Virus record (IMG/VR): IMGVR_UViG_2663762783_000006
Location: 1-64,000 of that record
Reading direction: 5' to 3' (one strand)
DNA: 64,000 nt
Origin: a virus
Lineage: Duplodnaviria > Caudoviricetes
The notes beneath the pieces are model-generated. The model worked only from the letters and a program-made list of their open reading frames with translations. It was not told where the DNA came from and ran no database searches. Shown here piece after piece: positions 27,542-37,108 of this stretch. Numbering within the stretch: position 1 is the first letter of the stretch; every line of letters begins with the position of its first letter. Made by a program: the position numbers and the translations under genes.

Positions 27542-29674
27542 TTAACCTGCGTTCGTTGGGATAAACACGTAATGCGTGTTGTGCGTCATCGACATCCATG
27601 TCACGGACGTGGCCGTGCCGTAGGCTTGGCAGACCACGGAGACCGTCTCGCCCTTTGCTACTTTGAGCGTTGCCGTATTGTTCATGCCGTTAGTGCAGCC
27701 ATCGCTTGAAGACGACGTGCCCGAACTTGAGCCTGTAATGGCTGCCGAATTCGTTACAGGCGCAGGGTTAGTGCCATTGCCGATATTGATTGTTGACATA
27801 GCGATGACATAGCCGTCGCAAGGCGCAACAAATGACGGGTACGACTTGCGCCATGTAAACGCAGCGCTGGCCGTTGGAGTGCCAGTGCTGGAAATAGACG
27901 CCGCGATGCCTCTTGTGCGCGACTTGAAAGCGTCAGAATAGGGAAGTCGCGCCGAACCGCCAGCAGGCCACCAGTAGTTTGAACCGTTGGACACAAGCGT
28001 TAGCGTGTCGCCAGGCCCCATTGAAATGGACGTCAGACTTTCCGTGTACTGTCCCGTCCGAATAACGTCAGAGCCTTGGACGACAATCGTTGCCGCTGAC
28101 GCTCCGTTGCACTGTAGCAGTAGCGTCGCCCCGCTCGGCAGGCCAGCGCATGCAGGAAGTGTTATTGTGCTACCCGACGGGACAAGAATCGGCTTGCCGA
28201 CCTGATCCTGCGTTAGCGTTGTATTGCCCGGAAGCGACGCCCAGTCTCGATAGTTGCCCGCCGCACGACGTAGAAACTCGGTAGTGACAAGTTTTAGACT
28301 GTTATCAAATTGCTCGGGGGTCGGAGCAGTCGGCTCGCCGGTAAAAGCAGGTGAATTGAGATTCGCCAGCGGCTCCCAAGGCCCGTTAAGCGCGCCATTC
28401 GAGTTTCCAGACACGCTCGTTGAAGCCGCTCTGCGATACCATACTTGCGACTTCGCGGGGTAGTAAATCAGTTGCAGTATCGTGTTTACGTCCCACGGTT
28501 TAACGTCGAGAATCGCGCCCTGAAGTGAGACGCCAGGCGGGCCATTGACGGTTGCCGCATCAAGCCGAAACGTGCCCTGCTCGATCATCGCGTTACAGTC
28601 GCCTGCATAAGGGCTGCGACTGACCATAAGGCCCCGCGCCATCATCTCGGCCTTCGTAAAGAAGTCAGGCAAGCTAAAGACGCTTTGCGCCTCAATCAGA
28701 ATTACGTCACCAGCGTTTGCGCCCTTGGTTAGCACGACAGTAGAGCCGTCTTCTGCCCTATAGTCGCTACGGGAAAGCAAACGCCCGTTGTAATACACCT
28801 TGAGCGAACCAGGCGTATAGGTGCCATCAAAAGAGGTCTGCCCAGCACTCGCCACGTTCTCAAAAATCGATATCGTGCCGCCACCGCCGACGCCACCCAC
28901 GATCTGGAACGCGCTACCGTCGTAAATCAGCTCATAGACCGCGCCCGCCTTGACTTCGTTGGCCAGCAGGTTCTGATTGCCGTTTTTGTAGACGTTGACC
29001 GCCGCCAGGCCATTGACCGCCGCTGTGACTGCGCCCGAATTACTGGCTGCCGCTTTGAAGATAAAGCGCTGGCCAGCTTTGTACGCGGCCACTTTTACGC
29101 CGTCCTGCATGGTTAGGGCAATGGCGTTTGCCGTGCCTGCAACCGTCTTGGCCCACAGGTTGACTTGCGCGTCAATGAACACGTCGTAGCGGACATACTG
29201 CGGATGCGCATTATCTGCGCCCTCGTGCGCGGACAGTGCCGCCAGCGCGACCGACTGGTCAGGGTCAATCTGCACCGTCACCGATCCGCTCGGCACTTGC
29301 GCCAGACTGATATCGTTAAACAGCACAAAATCTACACCAGGCGTTTTATAGCCCAGCACTTCGCCTGCATTCGACCAGACCGCGAATAGGGTATCGCCAG
29401 CCCAGAAAGCGACCTCTGTTACCGCATAGGTGCCCACATCAGAGCGCCAGACGGACGAGATACGAATTTGAGTGTCAGTGATGCGAGTACCGCCCGCAAT
29501 CGTGACCTTTTTTTGCTCATTGAGCAGCGCCGTTTCCTTGCCGGTCGGGATAAAGCTGCCCGTACCGAACGAAACGTGCGTTATTGCAATCTCAAGCCCC
29601 GTCGCTTTTGCGTTGAAAGCAGCCGCCTGGCCCGCTTCCGTAAGCGTCGGGTTGAAAACCTTTGCCGTTGCCAT
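27542..29674 (-). CDS. Main tail fibre protein
   Basis: Baseplate-attachment N-terminus, H.GADNAHPQY, NSPAFTGEPTAPTP collar repeat. Confidence 0.9.
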   Translation of the reverse strand: MATAKVFNPTLTEAGQAAAFNAKATGLEIAITHVSFGTGSFIPTGKETALLNEQKKVTIAGGTRITDTQIRISSVWRSDVGTYAVTEVAFWAGDTLFAVWSNAGEVLGYKTPGVDFVLFNDISLAQVPSGSVTVQIDPDQSVALAALSAHEGADNAHPQYVRYDVFIDAQVNLWAKTVAGTANAIALTMQDGVKVAAYKAGQRFIFKAAASNSGAVTAAVNGLAAVNVYKNGNQNLLANEVKAGAVYELIYDGSAFQIVGGVGGGGTISIFENVASAGQTSFDGTYTPGSLKVYYNGRLLSRSDYRAEDGSTVVLTKGANAGDVILIEAQSVFSLPDFFTKAEMMARGLMVSRSPYAGDCNAMIEQGTFRLDAATVNGPPGVSLQGAILDVKPWDVNTILQLIYYPAKSQVWYRRAASTSVSGNSNGALNGPWEPLANLNSPAFTGEPTAPTPEQFDNSLKLVTTEFLRRAAGNYRDWASLPGNTTLTQDQVGKPILVPSGSTITLPACAGLPSGATLLLQCNGASAATIVVQGSDVIRTGQYTESLTSISMGPGDTLTLVSNGSNYWWPAGGSARLPYSDAFKSRTRGIAASISSTGTPTASAAFTWRKSYPSFVAPCDGYVIAMSTINIGNGTNPAPVTNSAAITGSSSGTSSSSDGCTNGMNNTATLKVAKGETVSVVCQAYGTATSVTWMSMTHNTHYVFIPTNAG

Positions 29675-29736
29675 GTGAGTCCTCGCAATGCGGTCCTGTA
29701 GCGCCCCGAAAAGACGGTTTGCTACCGTTAGCCGCT

Positions 29737-29777
29737 ATTGTGAGGAGGTAGGCGGGCCGCCTTTCGGCCCGCTTTCC
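29737..29777 (-). promoter_or_regulatory. Putative late promoter GGAAAG-N29-CACAAT (tail fibre operon)
   Basis: Motif family member. Confidence 0.7.
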
Positions 29778-29785
29778 CAACTGCC

Positions 29786-31135
29786 TTAGTACAGGACTTT
29801 GACCGCGCCCAGGCGGGAGAACCAGACTGTGCAATCTACCGTCTTGCTCGGCTGAATGTTGACGATGAGTCGGGCAGCAACTTTCGAATGGTTGGCTGAC
29901 GTCAGGTAGGTTAGAACGGGCGTCTCGCGTGACAGCGGCCCAATCTCCTCGCTTGGCCAAGGCAAGGAGCTATCAGAGTCTTCGCCGTCAAGCTTTTGCG
30001 TATAAGACGGCTCCATATAAAGCGCAAGGCCAACAGCGCTAAGCCCCACGCCCTTGGACTTAACCAGGCCCGTCGCCTTGATTTTGTCCTGATCCGAAAG
30101 GCTCGACAGCGTGACAAGGGACAGGCATGTAATCTCTGGCGCAGTCGATCCACTGGCACCAAAGATGCGTACCTTCTGCCATTCGACCCCTTCGCCGTCC
30201 ACTTCTTTGCTCCAGGTCGTTTGCAGGCCGGTCATGTTGTTGCAAGAAGTCGTCCAGCCAGTTGCCATAACACTGCCGCTTGTAGCGTTGGCGTTAGCCG
30301 AAACGGTGCCGGTCGCGCCCGTCATCAACGGGTTGGCCGTCAGGCTGCCCAGCGGGTTTGTGCTTGCGTCAAATAGCGTGTTGGATTCGAGCAAGTCAGC
30401 CAGACCGCGAATGTATTTTGCAACAACCTGCGCAAGGCGCTTGCCAATGACCTGCGCACCCACCTTGCTGGGATGGATACCGTCGCGCAACATTTGCGGG
30501 TATGGGTAGTAATTGGTGCCGCTGGATGGGTCCACCAGGTCGTCCCATACGTTGACGACTTCGCACATTTTGGACATTTCTTCTTGCATCCAGACGTGCA
30601 TCGCATAGTGGTCATTCTTGAGCGCTTGCGTGGTCAGTTCAAAATCACTTGAGCCGTTACCACGCGGCGTTTCACTAATAAGAATGACCGTGATCCCCGC
30701 CAGCTGGAACAGTCGCACCATCTCGCGAATATTGCGCTTGCTGGTGCCTAGATCAATCCGCCCGCCTGTGCGGTCGTTGGTCGAACCAAAGAGCACCACC
30801 AGGTTGGAGCCTGCGGCCTTCATCGCAGCAATGTGCGCCTTGATGCGCGCCAGCATCTGTACGGTCGTATCGCCCGCCACGCCGCCATTGAGGCCCACCG
30901 GAGCCATTGCAATGCCCAGCGAATAGGCTCCCAGCCAGTGCATGATGCCGTAGCCCTTCTGGAAGTCGTTGCCGTTCGAGCCCGACCAAGACAAGTGGAT
31001 GCGCGAATCGCCAAAGCCGGACACAAAGCGATTGCAGGCAGGCGCAAGGGCCAGATTTTCAGCCAGCACTACGCCCATTTTTGATAGCTCAGAGCTGAGC
31101 CGTACTACTTGGTTTGTCATGTCATTACTACTCAT
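29786..31135 (-). CDS. SGNH/GDSL esterase with C-terminal carbohydrate-binding-like domain
   Basis: FGDS, GGVAG, GSTND, DGIHP catalytic blocks. Confidence 0.85.
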   Translation of the reverse strand: MSSNDMTNQVVRLSSELSKMGVVLAENLALAPACNRFVSGFGDSRIHLSWSGSNGNDFQKGYGIMHWLGAYSLGIAMAPVGLNGGVAGDTTVQMLARIKAHIAAMKAAGSNLVVLFGSTNDRTGGRIDLGTSKRNIREMVRLFQLAGITVILISETPRGNGSSDFELTTQALKNDHYAMHVWMQEEMSKMCEVVNVWDDLVDPSSGTNYYPYPQMLRDGIHPSKVGAQVIGKRLAQVVAKYIRGLADLLESNTLFDASTNPLGSLTANPLMTGATGTVSANANATSGSVMATGWTTSCNNMTGLQTTWSKEVDGEGVEWQKVRIFGASGSTAPEITCLSLVTLSSLSDQDKIKATGLVKSKGVGLSAVGLALYMEPSYTQKLDGEDSDSSLPWPSEEIGPLSRETPVLTYLTSANHSKVAARLIVNIQPSKTVDCTVWFSRLGAVKVLY

Positions 31136-31171
31136 CTATGACGTTAGGCGCGCCAGCTGCCTGGCGCGGAT

Positions 31172-32050
31172 TTATTCGGGCGTCATGTATGCGCCGCTTG
31201 AGTTGACGACGTAATCGTCGTTGTCATTGGTGACGTAGTTGCCGGAAGGAATTAGCTGCGTATCGTTGGCCAGCACATAATCGCCGTCGTCATTCATGAC
31301 GTATGCGCCGTCATCGTTGGCCAAGGCATTAACGGGCTTGATATCACGAACAGCGGGTTGTATCTCGGAGCTTGCGAAGGCCATCACCAGGTTGGAACCG
31401 GCCATGACCGAGGCCGTACCCACAAAGGCCGTACCAATCTTCTCAGGGATCACTGCGCGCGCTTCGCCAGTCGTTCGCATGACGGTTACGCCATACATGG
31501 CCTGCGCAACGGGCACATAGGTTTTGACGAACCTGGCTACGCGCACGTTCAGCACGATCCGAGCCGCCACGGTGGACAGCAGCGCTTTCAGGATGCGCTC
31601 AGGAACGATATCGGTCTGGATATCCACGCGAACGCGCGACGTCAGAAAGTAGTCAGCCTCACTCTCGCCATCGAAGTCGATTTCGTTAGCGGACTTAAGC
31701 GCCGTGGGATATTCGGCGCTTTTCTTCTGGTACATTTGATCGACCGACCAGACCGAACCGAACAGGACTTGCAGATAAGTTCTTAGGAACGAAAGGCCGC
31801 GACGCGGGTTTCGATAGCGCCAGGCTTTGAACAGATAGCGTATGCCGTCCTCATCACCGTTATTGAGCACAACGAGGCCGTCTTGCGTCAGATGCCGCTG
31901 AATCAGGGCAATAGAGCCCAGGTGCGGCGCGCCGTAGACGTTGATCTCGTCCGCTTCGGCCTTGAGCGTCTGCGCATGCAGCCAGGTGAATAGCTCGGCC
32001 AGCTCCTGCTCAACGTCGCCGTTCTGGAACGTCTGTAACAGCGGGTTCAT
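31172..32050 (-). CDS. Baseplate wedge protein (P1 gp16-like) with C-terminal NDDGxYV repeats
   Basis: NPRRGLSFLRTYL...YFLTSRVRV; follows bplA. Confidence 0.75.
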   Translation of the reverse strand: MNPLLQTFQNGDVEQELAELFTWLHAQTLKAEADEINVYGAPHLGSIALIQRHLTQDGLVVLNNGDEDGIRYLFKAWRYRNPRRGLSFLRTYLQVLFGSVWSVDQMYQKKSAEYPTALKSANEIDFDGESEADYFLTSRVRVDIQTDIVPERILKALLSTVAARIVLNVRVARFVKTYVPVAQAMYGVTVMRTTGEARAVIPEKIGTAFVGTASVMAGSNLVMAFASSEIQPAVRDIKPVNALANDDGAYVMNDDGDYVLANDTQLIPSGNYVTNDNDDYVVNSSGAYMTPE

Positions 32051-33447
32051 TCGCTGGTCTCCACCGTCACGCTCAGGCTTTTGGCGGACACATAGCGATA
32101 GCTTTCGGGCAGAATCGTGTCGGCGTCAGTGACCTTGATATAGATATCGCTGGTCTCGGCCTGGCATGCCTGAATCTTGGACTGCAACAGGGTGCTGATT
32201 TTTCGGTACAGCACGCGCCCACGCCCGCGCTGCGCCCAGGCGGTATTTTCACCGTACTGGCCTAGAATCTGCTCGATAGCAGCCTGCTTAACGGCTGAAT
32301 CGTCATAAATGGACGGCACTTGCAGCGTAATCTGAACAGGTATCTCTACCCTCACGGCGGGCACGAACCGCACACGGTAGGAATCATCAGCGCGCGTAAT
32401 CACCCGCTTGATTTCAGCCTCAAGCTCGGCTTGCTCTACGCCATCCTTGAGCGCAGCCACAAACAGCGTGTTCATATTGTCCACACTTGGCGAACGAACA
32501 GTCTCCTCAAGGCGCTCATTCCAGACCGACAAAAAGCGGAAGGTGCCGATGTTCTTACGAATCAAGACGTCGAAGTTGCCCAGAAACACAGCAGCGTCGT
32601 CATACAGTGACGGATAGCTCGTGATCTCGCGCAAGGTCTCGATAGTCATAGGGTCGGAGCCGACGCTGACGACTGAATCTAGCGTGACTTTTGCGCCGGA
32701 GTCGTAAGTGGTCGTTGCGTACTCGAACACAAACGGCGCGCCAGCAGACAGGGTAATGTTGCCCTCGGTCGATATGACCGTAATGCTCAGCACTTCATTG
32801 ATAGCAGGCTGATAGCCGCCGATATTGGCCGCACCAAAGACGATTTTAAGGGTTCGGTTCTCGTCGGTCTCAAGCGTAAAGCTGCGCGCCCCAAGCTCGG
32901 TATTTGTCAGGCTTGGCTGATAGGTAAAGTCATTACCAAACTGGTCAGCTACCTTGATTTCAACGATGCTGCCGGTCTCTGGCTGCGAGACCGGAATCAT
33001 ATAAAACGGCTTGCTGGTCGTGACCGTATGCGCCGTGACCGTCTCGACCTGCTGCACCGTCTGCACGGTTGCTGTGCCATTGGCGGGTACGTCAGCGCCC
33101 ACCGTGACGACATGAACACGGCCCTGCGGATCAAGCACGCGACGGCCTGCCTTTACGCTAAAGGCGGTCGCGGTAACGTTCTGAATAGCCAGGCGGGCGC
33201 GGTACGGCTGGCCCAGCGGCAATACGCCCTTGGCTGCCGCATCGGCCAGCACCGTGACGTCGCGGACCTTATCGAACGGCTCACTGGCCTGTACATCCTG
33301 CTCTTGCGAATGCAGCGACAGCATGGCCGACATAGCGCCCAGCAGCGCCATTAGACGCGGGTCTTTTGCCTGGTACAGCAGCGCGGCTTGTGGGTACTCG
33401 GAAATAGCACCCTCCGCTAATGTTAAATACTCGGCCTTTGTCTTCAC
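32047..33447 (-). CDS. Baseplate wedge protein (P1 BplA / gpJ-like)
   Basis: 466 aa; V.ADAAAKG and IVFG...GG.QP motifs; synteny. Confidence 0.8.
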   Translation of the reverse strand: MKTKAEYLTLAEGAISEYPQAALLYQAKDPRLMALLGAMSAMLSLHSQEQDVQASEPFDKVRDVTVLADAAAKGVLPLGQPYRARLAIQNVTATAFSVKAGRRVLDPQGRVHVVTVGADVPANGTATVQTVQQVETVTAHTVTTSKPFYMIPVSQPETGSIVEIKVADQFGNDFTYQPSLTNTELGARSFTLETDENRTLKIVFGAANIGGYQPAINEVLSITVISTEGNITLSAGAPFVFEYATTTYDSGAKVTLDSVVSVGSDPMTIETLREITSYPSLYDDAAVFLGNFDVLIRKNIGTFRFLSVWNERLEETVRSPSVDNMNTLFVAALKDGVEQAELEAEIKRVITRADDSYRVRFVPAVRVEIPVQITLQVPSIYDDSAVKQAAIEQILGQYGENTAWAQRGRGRVLYRKISTLLQSKIQACQAETSDIYIKVTDADTILPESYRYVSAKSLSVTVETSE

Positions 33448-33752
33448 GCCACATTCCCCAAACTATCGATTGACAGCTGAGTCACGCCCAGGTCGATAAC
33501 AATGCGCAACGTCTCCTTGCCGACGTTTTCCGCCCACAAGTTGAGCTGCCCTGGCGGAAACTTGGCCAGGATCGGTACGTCTTCGGTCAGCTTGGCCAGG
33601 AAGGCGTCAGCCAGGGCCGTGTTTAGCGGCTGCTGGAGGAGGTCCTTTAAGTTGCTGCCGTAGCCGCTGCCCAGGTAGCCATCGACGGGAGTGCTCAGCC
33701 AGTGGCGGATCATGTCCGCCACGTCATTGATTGTTAGTGTACTGCTCGCCAT
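33444..33752 (-). CDS. Sheath initiator (P1 PmgA-like)
   Basis: HWLSTPVDGYLGSGYG...KL.EDVP. Confidence 0.75.
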   Translation of the reverse strand: MASSTLTINDVADMIRHWLSTPVDGYLGSGYGSNLKDLLQQPLNTALADAFLAKLTEDVPILAKFPPGQLNLWAENVGKETLRIVIDLGVTQLSIDSLGNVA

Positions 33753-36251
33753 TTAGCGCACTCCTGCCTGCATTCCGACGCCACCCGTTGCGGCGTGCGC
33801 AAGGCCACGATCTGAAAGGTTTTGTGTCAGTGGCAGCTCAACTGTCAGCGGCGCGGGCGCAGCTGGCTTGTCGTTGCTGGCCAGGGGTTTGGGTATTGCG
33901 GGCACAGGGGTTACGCGCAGGTTTTCAGCAGCAGGAGCCACCCGCGCAACCGCTGGCATGGCTTTAGGGGCCGGATCAATCGCCGCTGGCGCACCTGGTG
34001 CGGCGATACCAGCAGGCAGGTCCGCTTTACCCTTATTCAGGCGCGCATCCAATGCCTTATGGTTGGCTGCCAGGTACTCGGCTGCCGTCTTGCTGCCCTT
34101 GCCCACGTTGAGCGCGGCAGACGACTGCGTAAGCGTAGACAGCTCGTTCATGCTCTTGCCTTGCGCCGCGCCCTTGAGCAGGTCTACGCCAGCGGTAGGG
34201 CCAAGCTGGTGGAGCATGTAGAGCGAATCACGATTGACCGGCAGGCCCGCCTTTTTCAGTACAGCAGCGTTCTGCTGCGCAAGCTTCATACCGCCCTCGA
34301 TATTCTGGTCAACGTCGAAACGGTCGGTAATGCCCAGCCCTGTAGCAGTCCGTCCGGTCATCTGGTACACGCCAATCGCGCCGGTAGACGAGATGGCATT
34401 GGCATTGCCGCCCGACTCAATATTGGCCATGTCTAGCATGTCCTGCGGGTTAAGCCCTGCCGCCTTGGCGCTGGCAATGATCTTGTTTTGTATGTCCAGC
34501 GGCATGCCGCCCTTAAGGCTGCCGGTCGTGTTGGCTCCAGTGGTCTTAAGCTCGCGAATGCGCGCCGCTTCCTCGTTGGTATAGCTGCCCATCTTGGCCA
34601 GCTGCGCGCCACCCTTGATGCCGTCAAAGGTCTCCTTGTGGCGGTAGCCCTTATCCAGCGAGCCGACCAGGCGGCCGCCTGCAATGGTTGCCGCCTCATA
34701 GGCGGAGCTTGCCTTGTCCTTGACCGTAGAAGCCGCGCTTGAGGCGGTATCCTTTGCGCCCTGCCAGGCTTCGCCCGCCTTATTGGCCACGGCCTTACCC
34801 ACGTCCTTAACACGGCCTAGCTTTTCATCGATCCAATCGCCGATGCCGTCAAAGACTTTTGTAGCGCTGGACTTGATATCGTCCCATGCCTTGGCAATGC
34901 CGCTTGTGACAGCGTCCCAACTCTTGGTCACGCCGCTCGTGACGCCTGCCCAGGCAGTCTGGAACCACTCCATTGAAGCGTCCCAGGCTTTGCCAATACC
35001 CTCAAAGACAGGTTGCAGGTATGGCGATATCAGCTCACCAAACTTACCGGCCAGGCCAAAGGTCAGCAGGTTGCCCAAGTCGCCCAGCACGCCCACAAAG
35101 CGAACGCCCAACTCTTGCGCAAGCGAGCCGTTCAGCTCGACGCCCAGGCGCTTGGCATATTCCTCGGTTGACGTGTTAAAGCCTTTGACGGCAGCCAGCA
35201 TGCCCGCAAGCGGTAGCGCAAGCTTGCCCAGCGGTCCCAGGAACTTGGCAATCTTTCCGCCAATGCCTGCCAGGCCGCCCAGCGCACGACCAGCCAGGCC
35301 CGCCACACCCTTGACGCCCTTGCCCAGCAGACCAAAGCCAGGAATGCGGCGCAAAAGGCCCATAATCAGGCCAAAGCCCTTGCTTATCAGGCCGCCGCCA
35401 GACTCCCTGCCTGTTTTCTTGTTCAGGTCGCGCAGCTGGTCCCATATCCTGCGATACCAGGGCACCACGACTTTGCGCTCGGCGTTCTCCAGGTCCTTGC
35501 CTGGCCTGCGGATCAAGCCAAGCAGACCTTTCACAGGGCGCATCAACGGCGAGACAATACCGCTAGCCTCTTTTGCCGCCCCGATAGCAGGGTCTACCTG
35601 CTCATATCCGTCTGCCGCGCCACTAATACCGTCTCGCGCGCCGCCAAACATATCCTTGAGCTTGCCCAGGATACGCGACGTGCGTGACTCCTCCTTTTGG
35701 CGGCTCTCGCTATCACTTTCACCGTTGCCGCCATTGCCACGCCCAACAAAACGCCCGTTAGCGCCTCTCTGGGGTGTTTCGGCGGTTTCGGCAAGGATAG
35801 GTGCCCGATTGCGGCGAGCGCTTGGCTCGCGCGCTTGCAGGGGCGCTGGCGCGGGAGCGGATACCGGCACAGGCGCAGCAACGTCAGCAGAAGCCGCCGC
35901 GCTGGACTGCACAGGCGCGCGCAAGTCACTTGCAGGCGTGCTTGGCAGGAAGCGCCCAAGCTCATCACGCGCACGACTCTGCGCCCGCTGCGCCCGCATA
36001 ACGGCGTCATTGGCCGCATTAACCTGAGCCAGGCGACGAATAGAGGCAGACAGCTGCGTTATCTGAGACGCTGGCGCACGCTCAGGCACAGGCGTTTTGC
36101 GCTCTGTCTTGTGCATCACGTCCAGCATGTCGGCGGTATCGCGCTTGATTGACCTCAGTAGGCGCAGGCGCTCGCGCTCGCCGCTAAGGTCTAGCGGCGT
36201 GCCTCCGGTAACAAATCCCTCGTTGTCATGGCGAAGCGACAGGCGATCCAT
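33753..36251 (-). CDS. Sit-like tape measure protein with lytic transglycosylase domain
   Basis: IESGGNANA...GAIGVYQM...D.DQNIEGG (SLT); RDELGRF and RGANGRF motifs; hydrophobic segments. Confidence 0.85.
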   Translation of the reverse strand: MDRLSLRHDNEGFVTGGTPLDLSGERERLRLLRSIKRDTADMLDVMHKTERKTPVPERAPASQITQLSASIRRLAQVNAANDAVMRAQRAQSRARDELGRFLPSTPASDLRAPVQSSAAASADVAAPVPVSAPAPAPLQAREPSARRNRAPILAETAETPQRGANGRFVGRGNGGNGESDSESRQKEESRTSRILGKLKDMFGGARDGISGAADGYEQVDPAIGAAKEASGIVSPLMRPVKGLLGLIRRPGKDLENAERKVVVPWYRRIWDQLRDLNKKTGRESGGGLISKGFGLIMGLLRRIPGFGLLGKGVKGVAGLAGRALGGLAGIGGKIAKFLGPLGKLALPLAGMLAAVKGFNTSTEEYAKRLGVELNGSLAQELGVRFVGVLGDLGNLLTFGLAGKFGELISPYLQPVFEGIGKAWDASMEWFQTAWAGVTSGVTKSWDAVTSGIAKAWDDIKSSATKVFDGIGDWIDEKLGRVKDVGKAVANKAGEAWQGAKDTASSAASTVKDKASSAYEAATIAGGRLVGSLDKGYRHKETFDGIKGGAQLAKMGSYTNEEAARIRELKTTGANTTGSLKGGMPLDIQNKIIASAKAAGLNPQDMLDMANIESGGNANAISSTGAIGVYQMTGRTATGLGITDRFDVDQNIEGGMKLAQQNAAVLKKAGLPVNRDSLYMLHQLGPTAGVDLLKGAAQGKSMNELSTLTQSSAALNVGKGSKTAAEYLAANHKALDARLNKGKADLPAGIAAPGAPAAIDPAPKAMPAVARVAPAAENLRVTPVPAIPKPLASNDKPAAPAPLTVELPLTQNLSDRGLAHAATGGVGMQAGVR

Positions 36252-37108
36252 TAGCTAATACCGTACTTATGGAGCGTGCGGCGCTGTGTGGGCGTCTTCG
36301 GCGGCTCAGGCTCCTTAACGACCGGCTCAGGCTCGTATTCAGCCAATGGCGCAGTCAGGAAGCTATCGGCGCTATCAAGGGCGCAATGCTTGTGTACCTT
36401 GATCGGCGTTACGTCCATGACGCTATCTAGCGCAGCCTTGGGCTTGCCGGTCTTGGCCAAGCGGTCAATCAGGTATTCGTTTTCATCCGCCAGCTTGCTG
36501 ATTGTCTGCATGGCACTGTCATACATGGCTTGCAGCTTTTCAGCGCGGCCTTGCTCGCTTTCAAATAGCTTGTTGCACTCCTCCAGCAGCTGGCGCTGCT
36601 CAGCCACGGCATCGAAAATCGGCTGGCCCGCCGCGTCCAGGGCGTAGCCGCGATTGTTGGAGTAGTTCGGCTCGATCACGTAGTCAAAGCCAAAGAAGTC
36701 CACCGCAATCGCAGGATCGTTCGGCGACAGCTGGATAGCGCTGGAGAAGCCGCCGACCTTATTACGCCACATGCGCGCCGCGATCTTGCCCGACGTGTTG
36801 TCGAAAAACTCGATTTCGTACTCAACGTCGCCGTTGTCTTCGGCCTTGATGGACACCAGGCGCAAGGCAGGCTCAATGCTCACAGCCTGGCCCTTCACGA
36901 CGCCGCCCTCAGCCGGATTCAGGCCAAACTGCACGCGGGGCCAGTGGCCAAAATAACCGACCATATCACCCAGCTTTACACGCTCTTGCACGCTTGGACT
37001 GTTAATGATCCTGGCAGCAACGCGGGTATTTAGATTGCGTTCTATGCCCCGCGCAAAGCGGCCACGCTCGCTCAGGTTGTACTTAATAATGCCAGTGCGA
37101 ATACTCAT
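36251..37108 (-). CDS. Prohead protease (P1 Pro-like)
   Basis: GYFGH...GGFSSA...GFDYV.EPNY. Confidence 0.85.
   Translation of the reverse strand: MSIRTGIIKYNLSERGRFARGIERNLNTRVAARIINSPSVQERVKLGDMVGYFGHWPRVQFGLNPAEGGVVKGQAVSIEPALRLVSIKAEDNGDVEYEIEFFDNTSGKIAARMWRNKVGGFSSAIQLSPNDPAIAVDFFGFDYVIEPNYSNNRGYALDAAGQPIFDAVAEQRQLLEECNKLFESEQGRAEKLQAMYDSAMQTISKLADENEYLIDRLAKTGKPKAALDSVMDVTPIKVHKHCALDSADSFLTAPLAEYEPEPVVKEPEPPKTPTQRRTLHKYGIS

Noticed and set aside
25528-29674. Cin/cix invertible tail-fibre segment
   Set aside because: Both cassettes are in the same orientation, and no invertase or inverted crossover sites were seen.
34714-36027. Long plus-strand ORFs (also 6754-7854, 5090-5977, 4184-5011, 39442-40287)
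   Set aside because: They are antisense shadows of real minus-strand genes in GC-rich DNA and lack recognisable motifs.
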